From NCBI RefSeq assembly GCF_009914755.1, contig NC_060934.1: a stretch of DNA of 64,000 nucleotides; one strand, 5' to 3'. The notes beneath the pieces are model-generated. The model had not been told where the DNA came from. It made no database searches and saw only the letters and a list, made by a program, of their open reading frames with translations. Position numbers and translations under genes: made by a program. Of this stretch, positions 12,160 through 25,809 are shown piece after piece; within the stretch, counting starts at the first letter, position 1, and each line of letters opens with the position of its first letter. The DNA comes from the human T2T-CHM13v2.0 reference genome, Homo sapiens.

Positions 12160-12500
12160 AGCTATTTTAAAAGTCTTACTCTTTGTAAAGTAATGCATTC
12201 GTGTGGTTCAGATGATATAATGTACAAATGTATATAGAGAAAAGCCTTTCTCCCTCCTCTGTCCCCATCCATCCATCCCTCCTCCACTCCACTATAACTA
12301 CTGTTCTTAGTGTCTTCTAAATACTTCCAGAATTTAGTTATGCAAATATGAGCAAACATGAATATACTATTTTTTCTTTTTTTATACAAATAATAGAAAA
12401 ATTTGACACGTTTTTCTCTGCCTTTTGCATTTTTCACTTAGCAGTGTATCTTGGCACATTTTATATGAGTACATGAAGAGCATTTTCATCCTGCAGTATT
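12160..12500 (-). mobile_element. Old L1ME-type 3' end fragment
   Basis: T-rich segment with aaagtaatgcat...ataactactgtt...ccttttgcatttttcacttagcagtgtatcttgg. Confidence 0.65.
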
Positions 12501-13057
12501 TTGGTGTTTGAGTTGTCGACCCTGTCTTGGGCTCACCTGTACCATGGGGGATTGACTCAGTTGACCCTCAGGGCCTTGCAGCTCTGACCCTGAACCAACC
12601 CATGGGGTTTTTCCCTGAAATGTGGGGATCTTGACAGAACTGTCTCCCTTTCTCCAGGGCCCAAGGGGAGATATCACAACCTTATAGGGTTTCTCAGTCT
12701 CCTTTGCAGTTGGATAGGGTGCAATTTCTGCCCTCATCTGGCTCCTTGAAAAGGCGCAGTGGCCTCACCTGAACACTGCCTCCTGGGTCACACTGCACCC
12801 TGAGACGAGCTGAGAGGGACTCCCCACAACCTCTGACAGGCAGGGAGTGACCCCCGCCTGGCCTCCTTCATTCTGGAAAAACAAACAGGCTGGGCTAGAC
12901 TTCCACGAAGGCCCCTTTCAGCTCTGAGACCGACACCTACCACAGAGGGCCTTGCCCTTAGTAGACGCTTGATGGACTTTGCTGCTGCCTGGCCTGGCAT
13001 TGCCAACGTCATTGTCCAACACGTTGCTGTCCCCACTTCCTCTAACACCCCATTTTC

Positions 13058-13274
13058 TTTCTTTTTTTAAAAAAATTAACTTTTCAGTTCAGGGGTACAT
13101 GTGCAGGTTTATTGTATAGGTAAACTTGTGTCATGGGGGTTTGTTGTACAGATTATTTCATCACCCGGGTATTCAGCCTAGTACCCACTCATTATTTTTC
13201 CTGATCCTCTCCCTCCTCTCATACTCCACCCTCTGAAAGGCCCCAATGTGTGTTGTTCCCTTTTATGTGTCCAG
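13058..13274 (-). mobile_element. 5'-truncated L1PA (L1PA11-13-like) 3' end with a perfect 15-bp TSD
   Basis: ttcaggggtacatgtgcaggtt...gtacagattatttcatcaccc; TAACACCCCATTTTC at 13043-13057 and 13275-13289. Confidence 0.92.
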
Positions 13275-13456
13275 TAACACCCCATTTTCATGAACATCTG
13301 GATTAAGGAAGTTAAGAAAAGCCTTGAGGAGAGACCAAGACCCCAGCTTTCTTGCTCTGAACTGGGTAATGAACTCTCAATGCCCTTTTGCAGGGACCTG
13401 AGGGACCCCCACCACCTTGGTGTGTAGACTGGAAAGGTTGTGAAAGTTGTCTCATG

Positions 13457-13470
13457 GCGCCACCTGGTGG
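13457..13470 (-). promoter_or_regulatory. CTCF core motif
   Basis: The minus strand reads CCACCAGGTGGCGC, a near-ideal CTCF core. Confidence 0.75.
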
Positions 13471-16092
13471 AATTTTTGGACAGGAGCAGGAACTCCCTCC
13501 TGCAAATATACTACAAATGGATTCATCTGCTCTCCTGCTCCCGGTTAGTGCTCACCTCAGCCAGCCCAGGCTTGGTATTACCTTGTATTTTGGAAAGGTT
13601 TCTGGTGGAGAGCATGCACAATTCCATTATAATTTCTCATTCACTGTGGTTTCGTCCTGGGTTGAGCCTAGTGCCGGGAACATTCATAAGTTTTGTTTCA
13701 TTTCATCCTCTCCCAAGCAAAGAAAAATATATGTCCTTCCTTTTTCCCAGAGTAAAGGAATTTATATGTGGCCACAAAGTTGGCAGGCAGCAGATCTGGA
13801 GCCTGCCTCGCCAGCCTCCAGCAAACTGAATCTGGGAGCCCTAGGGAGGGTGGAAGGTGGCTGTGGAACCCCCAGGGAGAGGGTTTGTCGCCGGGGTCTA
13901 GTCTTGAACCAGACCTTCCAGTATTTGAGTTTTCAGCCTAGGAGACAGAGTGAGAAGTTTTAGACTTGGTGGCCCAGGGTTGCTGTGATCATGTTAGTGG
14001 AAGGGGCTTGCTTACTGTTTAAGGCTGCACTCTCTCTAGGTGGGGGTGGCTATGTCTAGCCCAGCCTTACCCAGTGCAGCACCCACCAACGCCTCACACT
14101 TGCCTGTCCTTACTCAGAGCCTGGCGCCAGGTGGTTCCCCTCAATGAACGTGATATTTGTGACATGGGGCCCATTGCCTAGCTCTTGTCTTTTTCACTGG
14201 AGGCAAGAAGCAGGCGAGTCAGACAGGCTCCCCATTTGGTAGCTTTGGGCAAGTTCCTTACTGTGCCTCATCTGTGAAATGGGGATGACGTGTCATCTAG
14301 GGCGGTGTTGAGCTGCAATTGGAAGACGTGTATGCAGTGCCTGGGGTGTAGCGGTGTGCCATGGATGAGGGTTTGTATCAGATCACCTCCTACAGGGCCC
14401 ATTAGTGAAAATTGTCTGCCCTCAGTCAAGAAAATGTAAAATGCAATTTGCTTTCGAAATTCTGGGAGGAAAAAAAAATAGAAAAATTTCCCAATATGTC
14501 TGCTTACCAGTATCATGCAGTGAAGACATCTGCCTCTGAGGCATGGGCCTGTGTGAGCACGCTTGTCAGTCTATGAGGGGGTGTGTTTGTTTTTTCTTTT
14601 TTGCAGCTTTGAGCTCAGCTAATCCTGAGAAATCACTTTCTTCTGATGAAGTGGCTAAAATCTGGACGCTGTCAGCAAGGGAACATACAAGCCAACCACA
14701 AGTGCCTCCAACAGCGTGTTCCTTTTCCTGTGATAGTTGTTCTCAACCTAGCAACACCACCAGTTCATCTGGGCAGCTTTAAAACATGCAGCCTGGGTTC
14801 CAGTTCCAGAGCCATGAGCCAGCCTTCCTCCAGGTGGGAGCTGCCCTGTCCCCGGGGAGCAGGGTTTGTGGCTCCTTCCCTCTCACATGCCAGACTGAGT
14901 TTCTGAGGGCAGGGATCATGCTCAGCTCTTTTTTGTATTCCCAGTCCCAGACAGGGGCCCTGGCCCTTTGTCAAAACTTGGGGACTGCTCTGCAAACTGC
15001 ATGAGAAGGCATGAGGCACTAGCCCAACTAAAGGGAGGAGGGGACCCCAAAAACAGAGCCCATTCTTCCTGCCTTGACTGGGTTGGATCCTGGTGACTTC
15101 TCTGTCACCTGTGTACTCAGGGACATTATTCTCAAGTTGTAAGTGCAGGTAGCTCTACCCCGCAGCACGTGTGGGATGAAGAAGGAAGGAAGAAAGAAAG
15201 GAGGGAGGCAGGGAGGGAGGGAGGAATGAAAGAACCTAGGTCAATAGTATAAATGTAGCTCTGAGCCGGGGGTCCCAAGGCTCCCTGTGACATCTGCCTG
15301 TATCCCAGCCTCTCTTTAAATGAAGAAGCAGCCTTCCTTGAAGACCCACCAGGTGGGAACTGCTGCCCACTCCAGAAGCCTGGGGAGGGCTTCTCTCAAG
15401 ACTGTGGCATTCACGCTTCTCTCTCCCTCCTCTGCTGCACTTGCTTTTCCTTGGAGTCAAGTGACAGGTCAGGCCCAGCCCAGGGTGCAGAGGGTGCAGT
15501 GACCCTGGGACACATGGATGTTGTGGGAGTGACTCATTGTGGCCTCACAGCTCAGGAAGGGGGTGCATGTGCTGTCTCCTTGCCTCTGCCTTATTCCAGG
15601 GGAGTTAGACTCTTGCCTTTTGCTCCCAAGCCCTTGAGAAACCAGGGCTGGATCTACTTGGGATCTAACTACCAGTGCCCTAGTTATGCAGGAGTTAGAA
15701 ACTGAAATGCCCTCAGGGACCAGATAGGTGCCAGAGAACCGTGAGAAGCAGCTGGGTCCCAGGCACCAGGGAGGGGTGCGGTCTGTGGAGGACTGGGCGG
15801 GGCAGACCCCGCTAAAGGCTTCATCGCGCTGCACAGCACGTTGCGGGGTAAGGCTGCCACCACTGCAGCAGGGATATTGGTGCTCCTCCTGGCTCACAGC
15901 AGGCCCTGGGGTCTGTGTTCTGGCTCCTCCTCCCCCAGGAGCTGCGTGGTCTCAGGGAATTTAGCTGCTCTGCTAAGCCTCAGTTTTCTCTATAAATGGG
16001 GGAAATAATGCCCCCTCTTGGGGTTGACGTGCAGGAAAAGGGGAAGTTTTATATTCCTTATGTATTCCATAACATATTCTTGATATAGCACC

Positions 16093-16512
16093 TCTATTTG
16101 TTTTCTATGCCATGTCACAAGTCACCAAAAACTTAGCAGCTTAAAACAACACACATTTAGTATCTCACAGTTCCTGGGCATGGCTTAGCAGGTCCTCTGC
16201 AGAGCTGCCAACAGTGCCAGTCAGAGCTGGATTCTCATCTGGAGGCTCGACTGGGAAGGGTCCACTTCCAAGCTTCCTAGAAAGAATAAGCTGCGCTTTC
16301 TTGCAGGTATAGGACTCACTGCAACTTGTTTCTTCACAGCCAGCAACGGAGAGAGACTCCAAAGCTAGCTCTGGACATCCCCTCCCCTTTGCCGTGTTCT
16401 GTTGGTTGGAAGCCAGTCACAGGTCCCACTCACCAGGGGAGGGGATCACAGAAACGCATGAACACCAGGAGGCTGGGATCATGGGGTCACCTTAAGTCCA
16501 TCAACCATAGCA
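16093..16512 (-). mobile_element. MaLR LTR (MLT1E/F-like)
   Basis: aaaacttagcagcttaaaacaacacacattta...tctcacagttc...tcatctggaggctcgactggg...ggaggctgggatcatggggtcacctta. Confidence 0.8.
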
Positions 16513-17369
16513 CCTGATAGCTTGATGGCCACGATTACAATTGATTGGGTGCCTACCATGTACCAGGCAGGGTGTAGAGGATTTCACACATATTATCCCA
16601 TCTATTTAAGTTGTTGTATTGATAAACTTAAGACTCAGAGAGGCAGGGAACTTACCTGAACTCACTCAGCTGTTAAGTGGCAGGATTTAAACCCAGGTCC
16701 CTCTGCTCCCCATTTCTTGGGTCTTCCTTGGACATTACACTCAAGGCCACAGTCAGCATCAAGCTGTCCCTGAGGAGCCCTCCAACACCTTAAGGTACTT
16801 GTTTCAGAAGTCACTTATCTCCCTGGGTTCAAGTCCTTTAACTTGTTCAATCAGGCCCTGTCCTTGGCTGCTGAGTCTCTGTCTCACCTTCTTTCGGCTC
16901 CGTCCTCAGACGTCTCTAGAAATGGTTCAAGCTTCTTGTCCCTTGATTTGTCTGTCCAGTGATTCTTCTGTCTCCTCTCAACTCCTTCCTGCTTAATCAG
17001 CGAATTCCACAAATAGCCACTGAGACTCCCTTCTATAGGAAGGCCCTGTGCTGGGTGCTGCCCTCCATCTTCCCCCAAGGTTCTTACAGTCTAATGAAGA
17101 GGCGGTGTGTGCAACACTAACTCCACTTCAGCAGTTCAGTGAAAACAACACCATCTTTAGACAATATAAAAGTCATTTTCTCCCTGTAAGTTAGGAGTAG
17201 AGAATACAGAGGGGGCTTAGGTACCTTCACAAGGTTATCAGGAATGCAGGCCCCTCATCCAGCACCTGTGCCTCATCGTTCAAGATGGCTGCAAAGCTCC
17301 AGCCATCGTGCTGTCATTCCCATCAGCAGGAAGAAGAAAGAGGTGAAGACAAATCATCCGTGACCACCC

Positions 17370-17610
17370 AGACGAGGTCAGCTTCCTGGTCATATGCTCC
17401 CTTGGCATCTTTGCTTCCTCATCACAATGCAGAGAAACTCATTCTTTGTGTCCTTGTTTGATGTTTATTCACGACTCTCCCTTGCCTCCCACCAGGTGAG
17501 AAGCTCCATGAAATCTGGCCTCGTGTCTGTCTTCTTTGTTGTTCTAGTCCTGCGGTCCACCGCAGTGCTTGGCATGTAGTAGGTGCTCAATAAGTAGTTA
17601 CTGATGGAAG
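17370..17610 (+). mobile_element. L2 3' end
   Basis: aagctccatga...cagtgcttggcatgtagtaggtgctcaataa, the L2 terminus. Confidence 0.75.
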
Positions 17611-18776
17611 GAACACTCAAGATTGTACTTTAAACATGCTCTTAATATTGGGATGAGTCAGAGTTGGCCTGGCCCAAATCTGGAATCTTCTGAATTGGAG
17701 TCTGTGACGATGAGTGCTGCTAAGGGCTGTACATACATGACCTTGCTTAATCCTCAGCAGAACGCTGAGAGGAAGATTCTGCCATTTTCTTCAACTAGCA
17801 GATGAGAAGACATCATGAGATTGTGGAACTACTAACGGAAAGCTGTGATTTGAACTTGGCTCTCCAACTCAGAACCTCTATTCACTTACCTAGTGACTTT
17901 CCAGGACACCAGGGTGACCACAGTCCCCTCTAGACCCCCCTCCTGCAGCCCTGGCTGGCTCCCTTGATTGCCAGCAGGCAGCTCAGTAGCCGTGTGCTCA
18001 GTCACAGGTGCTGAGGAAGCATCGTACACTTGGCCCCTTGTCCTGAAGTGGGGCTTCACCTGCAGAAAATGGAGGAAGGGCAGGAGGTGCCAGCATCAAC
18101 TGGGAGAATGCCAGTTCTCCAGTGCTCCTCCTCCTCTAGCCGATTTCTAGGAGCCTTGTGGTCCAGGGGTTCTTTCAGACTACAGAGGAGGGCAGGTGGG
18201 GCTGCCGTGGTCTAGGAGGAGGGCAGGGGCATGCCTTGCAGTGGGTGCTGTGTGTCCTGCGGCTTCCATTTCTGCCCGCTTCTTGGCGGGGCCTGCCTGA
18301 TAAGGGGAAGGTGATAGGAAACTGATACCCGCCTGTGCTGGGCCCCCTTGAACCATGTGGGGCTTACAGAGCCCCCGGGCCATGGAGCGGTTCTGAGGGA
18401 CACTGGAGGAGGGGTTCTAGCTTCTCCCCTCAGACTCCACAGAATACCCCAGGTAGGGACTAGATTCTGGCTGGAGTCAAGGCACTCAGACCTCTGCTGG
18501 GCAATTTGGCCCAAGCCTCTGTTGCACAGATGGGACACTGAAGGCCAGTGAGGCAACGGGCTTGCCAAGATCACACAGCCCATCAGTGTCAGAGCTGGTG
18601 CTGGTTCTCTAAACTGGATGCGCTCTGTGGCTTCTTTGACTGAACAGTTCATCTGGCCCACAGGCCATCCGAAGGGCGTTTGGTGGAGGGTCCTAGTTTG
18701 ACGCCTGGCTTGAAGAGCGGATCCCTGGCTCTGCTGTGGAGGTCCTGCTGGGACCAGCCATTTCTGATCATGGCTG

Positions 18777-18790
18777 CCAGAAGGTGGCGC
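18777..18790 (+). promoter_or_regulatory. CTCF core motif
   Basis: CCAGAAGGTGGCGC, with one deviation from the CCASYAGRKGGCRS consensus. Confidence 0.6.
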
Positions 18791-19467
18791 TAGGCACCCA
18801 GCTGCCACTTAATTTCCAGAAAAAGAGAATGGCAACCCGGGATCTGGGTGTAATTAGGGCAAGAGGCCAGCTTTGGAGCTCAGCTTCCAATCACCCTCCC
18901 GCCCGGGCATGCTTGTGCGTGGGCACCCAGGGGCAGGGGAGGGACTGGAGACCGCACATTGGGTTCCTCTGGTCCCAGACCCTTTGGAAGGTTGCAGTGT
19001 GGGCAGTGAATGGGCGCCCAGGTGTGCTCCATTTACTCATCTTGACTAGATGATAACCAGAGATGGAATAAAAGCAGCCAGGATGGGTGGGTGCCTCTCT
19101 CCAACAGCAAGACTCAGCCTGGGCCTCAGCTCAGGCCTTTTCACCTGGCTCAGCTCCCCGGCACACCCCCTCGCTTGGCACAGGGCACTTCGTCCCCTGC
19201 TGGGGAAGGGCCAGAGAGCTCAGGATGCCCCTGAGAGAGGCTGTCTCATTCCTGGGAACTTCCCCTCCTCCCTTCACCTTTCCTGCGCTCTCTCCATCTC
19301 TCCTTCCTGTCCTCTCCCCTCGCTCATCTCTCCTGCCCCTTCTTATCTCTTTCCTCACGCTCACCTCGTCCCAGTTCCTCCAGGGACCCTGCAGGTCTAG
19401 CCCCCACCCCCAGCACCTCATCTGCAGAGGCAAACAGGGACCAATACCAGTGAGTTTCTAGGATGTG

Positions 19468-20582
19468 GTTTCCATGGTGACGGTACATCTCCTGCCTCCT
19501 TGGTGCTCAGCCCTGGGCGGGTTGCCGTGGATACTCTCACCTCACTGAGGAGTGATTTGTGGGACTGTTTTTCTTCTTTACTTCTTCTTCTTCTCTCCAG
19601 AAATTCCGCTAGCCCAGACAGCGTTTTCCCCACTCACGGCGAACCTGAAGCCTTCTCCAAAGGGCTTCACACCCAGGGCCACTGAGGCCTGGAAAGCATT
19701 TTATTTATACGAGGTATTCCTGGTAACCTTCTCCGCCTTTCATAGGGTGCGTGAGTGGTCACCACAGAGAAACAGGCCAAAGCTGACCCGGTGCCCACCT
19801 TTTCTGCCCACAGTGTCCTTCCAGGCCCCTGACTTGTTCCATGCCGCCAATGCACGCCAACCCTCAGAGCTTCTGCTCGGCGGCCATTTTCCTTAAGGGT
19901 CTTTGGAGAAAGAGTGAGAGTGAGAGGGTGAGGTGGGAATAACGAGCAAAGTGAATCCAGGCAAAAGAGGTAGGTTAGAAGAGGGAGAAGTACCGGAAAG
20001 GGAGGAATGAGAGGTGGGCAGACTGGGGGAGCTCGAAGGGAGAGGGAGAGGTGGAGGGTGAAAGTTGGTCACCAGAGAAAGCCAACCCATGAGTCCGCAG
20101 CAGGAGTCCTCTGGTGTTAATGCCCTTTATAAATCACTCCGCAGCCCCAAACCCAAAACAGGCCTCTTCTTTCTCTGCAAAGTAGAAAATGTGTTCGTCG
20201 ACATAAAAACATGTTAAGTACATTGTGGCCCTCGTTCCCCCCAAGTTGAAAGCCATTACAATAATTAATTAAGGCAGGAGATTAATTAAAGAGTCGTTTC
20301 CCCCCATTCTCCCTGAGTAGATCAATCAGGAGGCGGGAGAACATGTGCTACTCGGCAGACAGAGAAGGGGGGCTGGAGGGGAGGCCGAGGGGCAGCAAGG
20401 CAGTTACAGACACAGCTAGAGACAAAGGACTTCCGTGCTGGGGGCTGGGGGCTGGGGGCTGGGGCTGAGAGGAGCTGGCAAGGAGGCCCCCAGGAGGGAG
20501 AGCTTGCTCTGCTTCCAAGGACCTGTGATCTGGCTTCCCTTCTTGGTGTTCACAGCGTGAGGGTCGCTGTCACCATGGAAAC
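19468..20582. promoter_or_regulatory. Candidate distal enhancer: RFX X-box cluster plus homeodomain/SOX/PBX core
   Basis: X-boxes at 19468-19481, 19521-19534, 19714-19727 and 20569-20582; TAATTAATTAA 20262-20272; ATTAATTAA 20281-20289; CATTGT 20221; ATCAATCA 20321-20328. No repeat recognised here. Confidence 0.6.
20438..20464 (+). repeat. (CTGGGGG)3-CTGGGG tandem repeat, G-quadruplex-capable
   Basis: Four G4-5 runs separated by 2-nt CT loops. Confidence 0.85.
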
Positions 20583-21722
20583 AGGCCTGGGGACAGGAGG
20601 AATATCAGCTCTCTGCTCCTGGACTCCTGGATTCCCCTCTGGGAGTGAGAGTTCCCAGTGAGCAGAGTTGAGGCCCCAGGAGGCCTTTCTGTGGAGTGGC
20701 ATGAGGGTTGGTGGCCTCCCCACTCCCGTGCCAGGCCCAAAACCAACTCCACACGAGCATTGTCAGGCTGATGACAAGCCTGAAAGTTCTGTTCCTCACA
20801 TGTGCCACACTGCAGACAGGACAGACTGGTATGAGCTCAGGCTGAGAATCATGAGTCTTTTAGGTAACTTTTCTCATTTTGCTAAATTTTGAGTTCTTAA
20901 TGATTGCTTTCTCCCTTTCACTCTCCCTCTCTTTCACTCTCTTTCTTCCTCTTTCTTATGCCTTTGGCCAATCTATTTTCCAGCTGAATTTCATATTTCT
21001 AAGAAATGTTTATATCATGTAGTGTGTTTCATGTGTGCATAGTGGGTTTAACCCATTCCACCCTGTGTCTCCGTCTTGCTTACTTTTGAGCCTTCCAGAA
21101 CTTCCCGATTGATTTGTTCAGAAGCACTGCTCTTATGTTTCTCTATTTTGTATGATATTTTTCATATTTCTAATAAACATTATAAAGGGATGGTGTTCCA
21201 TAGATGATTCCCCATGATATCCCTGGTATCGTTTCCTCCTTTCTGTTGTTTTATTTTAGGTTTTTGTATCTTTGTGCGTGCGTGGACTTAGCAGGCAGTT
21301 AGCTTTTCCTGTTGAGAGGAGATGGCTCAGCAGAGGCGGGTGATGAGGGAGCAGCTCATCCAGCACCTACTCTGCCACTTACAAAGTGTAACTCAGAATC
21401 ATGAAGCGGCGCACCTTTTACTCACCCTGTCATTATGGATGGGGGCTTAATAGGCACTAGGTTTTGGAAACCCATGGTGGACAAGACAGATGTGGTCCCT
21501 GCCTTCTGGGGAACAACAGTCTGGTGGGAGAGACAGACATCAAACAATAAATACACAAGGATATAGCTACAAATTGTGAAAAATACCACGCAGGCAAAAC
21601 CTAGGTTCTTTGATAGAGAACAGCATATGCCTACTTTAGGCTAGGGGTCAGGAGGAGGTGACATTTACACTGCAGCAGAAGCCAGCCAGACAAAGTGTGC
21701 AGTGAAGAGTGATGGTCCCCAG

Positions 21723-22703
<981 letters not shown>

Positions 22704-23010
22704 TGAGCCTGTCTTCTCCTCTGTGGCTGAATGGTGCTCAAGGGGACGTCCTCGGGGTGGGATTGGCTGAGGCCCCACCCTGGAGGCTTCTGGGGCTGCT
22801 TCCAGGTGTCACCATTTCCCTCACCTAGGAGAGGTGGGGCCAGGAGGCAGACAGAACAGGCCCTAGGCCCAGGACCAGGGCCAGCTGTTTCTCCTTGGAC
22901 ACCCGGCGCACCCTGTGCTTAGAGCTTTTCAGAACTAGCATTTTCAACCCTCTCTTCTCTTCCTCTACCCCCGGCCCTCAGGCTGCAGTGCCTTGAATAA
23001 TCCCATTTAA

Positions 23011-23354
<344 letters not shown>

Positions 23355-23574
23355 GAGGTTTTCTTTTTTAAAATAGCCAGTGCTATCACTCAGTGTTTAC
23401 ATATTAAAATATGTAGGTGATATATCCAGTGGACAGAGCAAGATAAAAATACACACATAATTTTTATCCACAATACATAAAATTATCCCAAAGGAATGTG
23501 CATACACTGAGAAGGATGGGTGGGAATCCACAGTAGCATAGAAAGGCCTTGTGGGTTGCTTGTGTTTTATGAGT

Positions 23575-23608
23575 ATGTGTGTGTTTGTGTGTGTGTTTGT
23601 GTGTGTGT
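23575..23608. repeat. Interrupted (TG)n microsatellite
   Basis: tgtgtgtgtttgtgtgtgtgtttgtgtgtgtg. Confidence 0.9.
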
Positions 23609-25809
23609 TGAGGGGAGCAGTCTATGGGGATAAATGCAAAGTAGCCTAAAGAATTTTCCAAAGAAAAATGAAAGCCCCAACAGGCCTGGCTGTGGTGGCT
23701 TCTGAAGGGGGACCCAGGCCTGCTTGGATGAGGGGCTCAGCAGGAAGCCTGACCCCACCAGGTGCCTTCAGCTGGCTCCCCTCGGGCCAAAGCCCCGACA
23801 CACCACCACCCCACAGGACAAAGCCTGGAACTGAAACTGGTTTTGAAAAGTGGGATTTGTACACAGCCCCAGGGAATGCAGCCCATGCCCTTCACTCTCA
23901 TTGGCTGTTGCCCAGTGCCGTGCTTTCCTGTGGGCGAGGACAGGGTTGAGGGGGAGATGTCCCTCTGAGGTTCTTGAAGTTCTGCCTGACTGCCCCCACT
24001 GCCCTCCAATGACTCCCCTCCAGCCTGAGTTTCCTCCCCAGCCACGGTAGGAGCCCTGGAGCCCCAGAGATGCTCATCAAAAGCGTGTGCAGTGTACCCC
24101 TTTGAATCCCCCTCGCCTTCTTGTTCAGAAGCCCCATGAGTAAAGCAGACAGAAGCTGAGCTGCTGCATCTTAGACAAGTCTTTGAGGGGTGAGGGTGGC
24201 TCAGTGGCAGTGGGTGTCTGAGTGTCACCCCTCTGCCCCACCCTCCACTCAAAGTCAGGAACATGGACCTTACTCCTGTTCACTTTGCCCTGAACCCTGC
24301 CTGGAGTGCAAAATGCTTCCCTCTCCTTCCACATCTCCCTGCGGCTCTTGCCCTTGGCAATGCCTAGAAAGTGCAGAGGAGTGAGGCCACCTGCCGGACA
24401 TCCTGCAGCTTTCTCCTCAAATTCCAGCTGCCTGGCTCCTAGGATACCAGTGCTAGCTTGCGGCCCCTTCCTTGGGGCTATGACTGCCTTGTCCCTCCTT
24501 GTTTACACTTTTCAAGCGGCAAGACAAAGATTGGTTGAAGAGTAAGTGGTGTCTACAGCTGCCTTGAAGAAGAGCAGGAGTGTGTCTTGGGGCTGCATGC
24601 TACTCAATTCCTAACAATTTCTTATGTTCTGGCCCTATTTCTACTGGCCAGCCCTGGGGGGTGGGGGTGCAGTGGGGAGGGTAGGTTGAGGAATAGGAGC
24701 AAGGGGTTACACAGCTGGTCTGTGCAGGGAGGTCTGGGGGGTAGCCCACTACAGTCTCCAGGTCCCCTTGGGCATGTGACTGAGCACTTCCTTGGTTGAT
24801 GGACTGGCTGAGGCCTAGGAGCCAGTCTCGGGTCCTTTCTTCCCTCATGGCCCTAGGACAGGCCTGATGAGGCTGGTGGGGTAGGGGCGAAGCTGTGGGT
24901 CTTCGGCCACTATTGGAACCCTGTGGACTAGATAAAGAATGTAGCAAAGGAGACAGTGACATTTGGCCAGCCAGCCCGTCCCCCATCTGGAGACCCCCCA
25001 TCTGGAGAGTATGTGATGAGCTCACGTCCCCTGGGGTTTCTTCCACGGTGGGAAGAACTCTTTGATCCTTGCCTGAGGCTGTTTTTAGTCCCAGAGTCCA
25101 AGCTTGTGATGTGCCCAACGCTGGGTTTCCTGGGGCTGCCCCAATGTCTCTGCTGCATGGATGCCGTGATTGGGCTTGGGAGTAACCACATTTATGTCAT
25201 CCGCCACCCCGGGGGGATGTGGGCATCTGGAGGAAGCTGCAAACCTCCGTCCCACCTCTGCCGGGAGCAGGAAGCACAGGCAGTGAGGCACCTACAAACC
25301 CGCTTCCTGGAGTCATACTTCATTTCCCAAATTAAGAAATCACGCAAGGAAAAGAATAAGCATCCATGTTTTAAAACAAACAGGAAGTTGTTATGGCCAC
25401 TTTGGGCAGAGGGACGTCTATGTCATGGGAGTCCTGCATGGGCAGCTTTGTCTGGGTTTTGCCATTGAACAAGCATTGGCCGAATGCCTGTCAAGTACGA
25501 GGCCTGAGAAAAGTCCTGAGACTGGGGCATATAGAGGTCAATAAGTGGTGGTTCTTGCTGTCACCATGTTCATAGTCTAATGTGCGTGTGACAACAGTGC
25601 AGGGAAAGCAGGAAACAGGGCTCCTGGGGGCTCAGAGTCAGGGTGAGCAGCCTGCACCCTGGGGACTGGGGAAGGTACACTGGGCTTTTCTGGCTGCCAC
25701 GACCTGCTCCTCTGCTTTCGTCCCAGGGCCCTGTTATTCCCTGAGGATCCACCTGTCCTGCACAAAGCCCTTATGCTGCGGACGCAGCGAACTCTGCTCC
25801 AGCTTCTGG

